A stretch of 61,784 nucleotides of DNA from positions 1 to 61,784 of the forward strand of contig JAAYRX010000176.1 in the NCBI GenBank assembly GCA_012518535.1, read 5' to 3'. The notes under the pieces are model-generated. The model ran no database searches. It was given only the letters and a program-made list of their open reading frames with translations, and was not told the DNA's origin. A program made the position numbers and the translations under genes. This document shows positions 58,334 through 61,784 of the stretch, one piece after another. The DNA comes from Clostridiales bacterium (GTDB taxonomy: Bacteria; Bacillota; Clostridia; Caldicoprobacterales; UBA3941). The stretch's first letter is position 1; each line of letters begins with the position of its first letter.

Positions 58334-59155
58334 TTACCATCCTCGGGAGCTGCCGCCCCCGCCACCTGAGCCACCTCCACCGCCGAAACCGCCGCCTGAT
58401 CCACCACCGGACCAGCCGCCACCACCCCATCTACCCCCGCCCCATCTACCTCCGCCTCTGGGCCCGCCTCTTCGGCCGGTGAATAGCATTAGTAACAGGA
58501 ACTCCAGTATCCTACCTTTTAAAAATATGAGGTCGAACAGTAAGAATCCGAGTAATAAAAATATAATACCGGGGGTGCCGTCTGATGTCCCCGTATCCTC
58601 CATCATGTTTGAATTATCCGGAGAAGAAGGTGTCATATTTTCCAACCCTTGTGGCTCTATATCATATTCATTATAGATTTCCAGAAGAATTGCCTTATAA
58701 CCCTCCAATATGCCTGTAGAGTAATCCCCAGCAGAGAAATAGGGAACCATATATTCATCCTGAATCCAACCGGTTTTCCCGTCGGGAAGGGCTCCTTCCA
58801 GCCCATAGCCCACCTCAATCCGGGATTTTCTATCCTCTACTGCCAGTAGAATAAGCACTCCGTTGTTTTTTTCCTTGCTCCCAATTCCCCACCCTCTGAG
58901 GATATCCAAGGCATATTCCTCCAAGGGCTGGCCATCAGTAGAATCTATTGTAACCACTACCAGCTGGGCACCGGACAGCTCATCCAGCTTAATGCTTTGT
59001 TCCAGTATATAGCCCTTTGTATTGGAACTGAGGACCTGAGCAAAATCGTTTACATAGAAAGCCTCCGTGTGAGAGGGGATTGCTGTATCTACGATACAAG
59101 CTTTTATGGGTATCAACAGTAATATAAAAGCCATTAACCATAGGATTCTTTTCAA
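58334..59155 (-). CDS. TPM-domain protein (YgcG-like) with a TM segment and a Gly/Trp/Arg-rich C-terminal tail
   Basis: It has a signal/anchor and a TPM pattern (VNDFAQVLS ... QLVVVTI ... NNGVLILLAVEDRKSRIEVGYGLE). After a TM segment the tail reads GGPRGGGRWGGGRWGGGGWSGGGSGGGFGGGGGSGGGGGSSRGW. Confidence 0.75.
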   Translation of the reverse strand: MKRILWLMAFILLLIPIKACIVDTAIPSHTEAFYVNDFAQVLSSNTKGYILEQSIKLDELSGAQLVVVTIDSTDGQPLEEYALDILRGWGIGSKEKNNGVLILLAVEDRKSRIEVGYGLEGALPDGKTGWIQDEYMVPYFSAGDYSTGILEGYKAILLEIYNEYDIEPQGLENMTPSSPDNSNMMEDTGTSDGTPGIIFLLLGFLLFDLIFLKGRILEFLLLMLFTGRRGGPRGGGRWGGGRWGGGGWSGGGSGGGFGGGGGSGGGGGSSRGW

Positions 59156-59170
59156 AATTACTGCCCCCTT

Positions 59171-59740
59171 TTATTCACTAAAATCTACCTTTGGAACCTC
59201 CTGGGCGCCTTCCTGAGCCTTAAAATATTCAATCTTCTCAAAGCCAAAGATACTGGCCATAATATTAGTGGGGAATCTTCTGATCGCAGTATTATAGCGG
59301 GTTGCAGCTTCGTTGTAATCCCGCCTGGCTACAGATATCCGGTTCTCAGTGCCGGAAAGATTATCCGACAGCTGTCTGAAATTGGCATCGGCCTTTAGAT
59401 CAGGATAGTTTTCGACCACTACCAAAAGTCGGGACAGGGCACCTGTTAATTCTGCATCGCCTTCAGCCATCTGTTCTACGCTGGAAGCCCCCGCGAGCTT
59501 TGCCCTGGCATCGGATACATTCTTTAAAATCTCTTCTTCGTGGGCTGCAAATCCCTTAACAGTGGCTACCAGGTTTGGGATTAGGTCATTTCTTAACTGT
59601 AATTGGTTATCAATCTGGCTTAGCTTGTTATTGACATCCTCACTAAGGTTTACCAGGTTGTTGTATCCTCCGATAGCGCTTAACACCAATATAGCGACCA
59701 CTACACCTACTATTATCCATGTAATTTTTTTACCACTCAT
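59171..59740 (-). CDS. lemA: LemA-family membrane protein
   Basis: It has an N-terminal TM segment, then GGYNNLV...V..SQIDNQLQLRNDLIPNLV..VKGFAAHE. The start ATG is preceded by AAAGGAGA; the listed ORF starts 19 codons earlier. Confidence 0.85.
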   Translation of the reverse strand: MSGKKITWIIVGVVVAILVLSAIGGYNNLVNLSEDVNNKLSQIDNQLQLRNDLIPNLVATVKGFAAHEEEILKNVSDARAKLAGASSVEQMAEGDAELTGALSRLLVVVENYPDLKADANFRQLSDNLSGTENRISVARRDYNEAATRYNTAIRRFPTNIMASIFGFEKIEYFKAQEGAQEVPKVDFSE

Positions 59741-59774
59741 AAAGTCAGGATCTCCTTTCATATAAGTTGTAGAA

Positions 59775-60266
59775 TCAATTACTTGTGTGACCCGCACCCT
59801 TATTCATTTGGAGTGCAGATTCCAGCACATCAATACACAGCTTTCTAAAAGCTCTTTCGAACTTGAGGTTATCCCTGTTACTACGCTTCTTATGATTGGG
59901 GGTTCTGCCTCCGGCCCTCCTGATCTTCTGGGATAAAAACCTTTCCATCAGTAATCTGTCTATATTGCTTGTATCATATATCAGGCCGTTGTGGTTGATG
60001 GCATATGCCTGTTTGCCCAAGGCCATAGAAGCTACGCCATAATCCTGAGTAACTACTATATCACCCTGTCGAGTTTGATTTATAAGGGCTATATCCACTG
60101 CATCCCTGCCTTGGGATACTGTAACCACCCTTGAATAGCCATCATCCAGTATGTGACTTGTGTCTGCAAACATTACCACCTCAAGCCCCAACTCTTTAGC
60201 TGCCCTTACTATAATATCCTTAACGGGACAGGCGTCTGCGTCTACCAATACTTTTATCCTATGCAA
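59775..60266 (-). CDS. YaiI/YqxD-family protein (UPF0178/DUF188)
   Basis: It carries KVLVDADACPVKDIIVRAA ... VVTQDYGVASMALGK. The start is TTG after GAGGAA. Confidence 0.75.
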   Translation of the reverse strand: MHRIKVLVDADACPVKDIIVRAAKELGLEVVMFADTSHILDDGYSRVVTVSQGRDAVDIALINQTRQGDIVVTQDYGVASMALGKQAYAINHNGLIYDTSNIDRLLMERFLSQKIRRAGGRTPNHKKRSNRDNLKFERAFRKLCIDVLESALQMNKGAGHTSN

Positions 60267-61086
60267 ATCGTAGTTCCTCTAGCCATTCAATACACAGGTC
60301 CATCCATGTAGCCACATGTGGAAATGTCCCAATACCACTATCATCGGTTTCTGCATTTGCTAAGGAAAGACCGTGGGGTCCATGGGGGTATACATGTAAT
60401 TCAAATGGAATGTTTTTCCTGCGGAGAGCCTGGGCAAAAAACAAGGTGTTTTCCAATGGCACAGCAGCATCATCAAAGGTGTGCCATAGGAAGGTAGGGG
60501 GTGTTCCCTCATGAATATGAAGTTCCAACGACATCTCCTTTAAAAGGTCTGGATCGGACACCCTATCACCAAGTAGGTTTTCCATGGAACCCACATGGGC
60601 GTGCTTCCCGGAAGTTATTACGGGGTAGCAGAGTATTAGGGCATTGGGACGATTACTACCCAAGTCAATACCTGGTATTTCACTTAAAAAGGACTTATTC
60701 CAGTGGACACCCAGACTTGCCGCTAAATGACCGCCTGCTGAAAAGCCACACACTGCAATCCTGTCGGTATCCAGATTCCACTCATCTCCATGATGACGCA
60801 GGATACACATGGCACGAGATAAATCCATCAGAGGTTGGGGATGCCTTTTGGGTGCTACACTATAGTATAGGACGAAAGCATGGAAACCTGCGGAATTAAA
60901 CTGCATGGCTATGGGTTCTGCTTCCCGGGGAGATGTAAAAGAGTAGCCTCCACCCGGGCATATAAGAACGGCGGGTCTCTTTAAATTTCCATTTAAGATG
61001 TAGGTGTCAAGGGTTGGCGTAAAACCATCTCTACTATCATAGGTATAACCTGTTTGATCCCATATGGATATGGATTTGTGAATCAT
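60259..61086 (-). CDS. alpha/beta-hydrolase esterase (acetyl-esterase/lipase-like)
   Basis: It has an oxyanion motif (CPGGGY), the nucleophile elbow GFSAGGH, and C-terminal D and H (HTFDD, GPHG). The start ATG is preceded by AAAGGAAGAG; the listed ORF starts 36 codons earlier. Confidence 0.8.
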   Translation of the reverse strand: MIHKSISIWDQTGYTYDSRDGFTPTLDTYILNGNLKRPAVLICPGGGYSFTSPREAEPIAMQFNSAGFHAFVLYYSVAPKRHPQPLMDLSRAMCILRHHGDEWNLDTDRIAVCGFSAGGHLAASLGVHWNKSFLSEIPGIDLGSNRPNALILCYPVITSGKHAHVGSMENLLGDRVSDPDLLKEMSLELHIHEGTPPTFLWHTFDDAAVPLENTLFFAQALRRKNIPFELHVYPHGPHGLSLANAETDDSGIGTFPHVATWMDLCIEWLEELRFA

Positions 61087-61434
61087 ATTGGTTCTCTTCC
61101 TTTCATAAGTAGTATGCATAGAAAAATTAACAAATTTAAAGGATATTGGCAATAAGCGTAGAATAACTATTGATACCAAGAAAAAAAATACCAAGCTTGA
61201 TACCTCTAATTATACATATTTATACTCGACTTCACAAATAGAATTACGGTCAATGCTTACATAATAGGCAGCACTAATCCCATAGATTAAAAAGTGTGGT
61301 AGGTTATTGGGTTGGATAGTCTTCAGGTCATCTAACTTGTTTTACCTATTGGATAAGTGTTAAAAACCATTGCTCCGTATCTCGCAAATCTATGACATGT
61401 TATGAGTAATACAAAAACGAAGGGAGAATAGAAT

Positions 61435-61784
61435 ATGCGGATTGGCTTAAGGGATATCAGCAACTATGACCATGAAAGGTACATGGAAACAGCCATCGAG
61501 GAAGCAAAGATAGCAGGACAACGTGGTGATAAGCCGATTGGGGCCGTATTGGTACATAATCATAAAATTATCGGGAAAATGTCCAATTCCTGGAATACAA
61601 GAAACAGTAAAGTCCATCATGCGGAGAATTATTTGGTCTTGGAGAACGCGCAATACCTCAGAAAATATGGACCGGAGTGCATAGTTTATACTACTTTGGA
61701 ACCTTGCATAATGTGTATCAGTACCATAGCGATGGCGGACATTAGAAATATCGTGATCGGCTTTGAGGATAGGTATATGCAGAC
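61435..61784 (+). CDS. CMP/dCMP-type zinc deaminase (TadA/guanine-deaminase-like), N-terminal part; the 3' end lies beyond the window
   Basis: It is not in the ORF track because no stop is reached. The translation reads MRIGLRDISNYDHERYMETAIEEAKIAGQRGDKPIGAVLV...VHHAENY...TTLEPCIMCISTIAMA, which contains the HAE and PCxxC zinc motifs. RBS GAAGGGAGA is present. Confidence 0.8.
   Translation, partial: MRIGLRDISNYDHERYMETAIEEAKIAGQRGDKPIGAVLVHNHKIIGKMSNSWNTRNSKVHHAENYLVLENAQYLRKYGPECIVYTTLEPCIMCISTIAMADIRNIVIGFEDRYMQ

Noticed and set aside
58334-58480. GC-rich, partly tandem repeat (ccccatctacc(c/t)ccg twice); considered as a non-coding repeat or CRISPR-like feature
   Set aside because: It is in frame as the Gly/Trp/Arg-rich C-terminal tail of the TPM-domain protein. 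There is no spacer-repeat periodicity.

Overview
This is a core-chromosome segment of a low-GC, endospore-forming Firmicute that looks Clostridia-like. spoVB, spoIIP, cotJABC and GerM-type lipoprotein genes are present, and there is no spo0B between rpmA and obg. I count about 63 protein genes and one tRNA-Pro(GGG). Regulatory RNAs and sites are two T-box leaders (glyQS, leuS), one TPP riboswitch with terminator in front of thiT, a probable L21 leader, and a LexA (Cheo) box in front of uvrBA. Gene order is: ThuA / sugar-isomerase / Gfo-Idh-MocA sugar cluster; spoVB; NusG paralog; glyQS; TrmH methyltransferase; spoIIP; GreA-like plus PocR-GGDEF-EAL; rplU-prp-rpmA; obg-yhbY; nadD-yqeK-rsfS; leuS; a PBP5-type carboxypeptidase; comEA; an OmpR/HK two-component pair followed by two GerMN lipoproteins; thiT; typA; thrC-nadE-DUF503; STAS; cotJABC; hflX; ferredoxin; an orphan sugar ABC ATPase; CdaR-like regulator - ftsEX - M23 peptidase - Ctp protease - MinJ-like PDZ protein; uvrBA; DUF421/DUF4363; LemA/TPM; YaiI; an esterase; a deaminase. 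I found no transposase, integrase, phage gene, CRISPR array, rRNA or recognisable defence or toxin module, so the window is mostly ordinary housekeeping DNA. The items most worth a second look are: (1) an HflX with a ~180-aa N-terminal extension carrying an intact JAB/MPN+ metal-binding signature; (2) the two-component system co-transcribed with two multi-GerMN lipoproteins; (3) a reverse-oriented membrane protein with a catalytically dead Mrr-like core inserted into the obg-yhbY-nadD cluster; (4) an orphan 136-aa mini P-loop protein; (5) a perfect 25-bp palindrome on the cotJ promoter; (6) a CdaR-type regulator translationally overlapping ftsE. All assignments come from motif recognition by eye. 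No database search or folding calculation was run, and none of the findings is shown to be novel.
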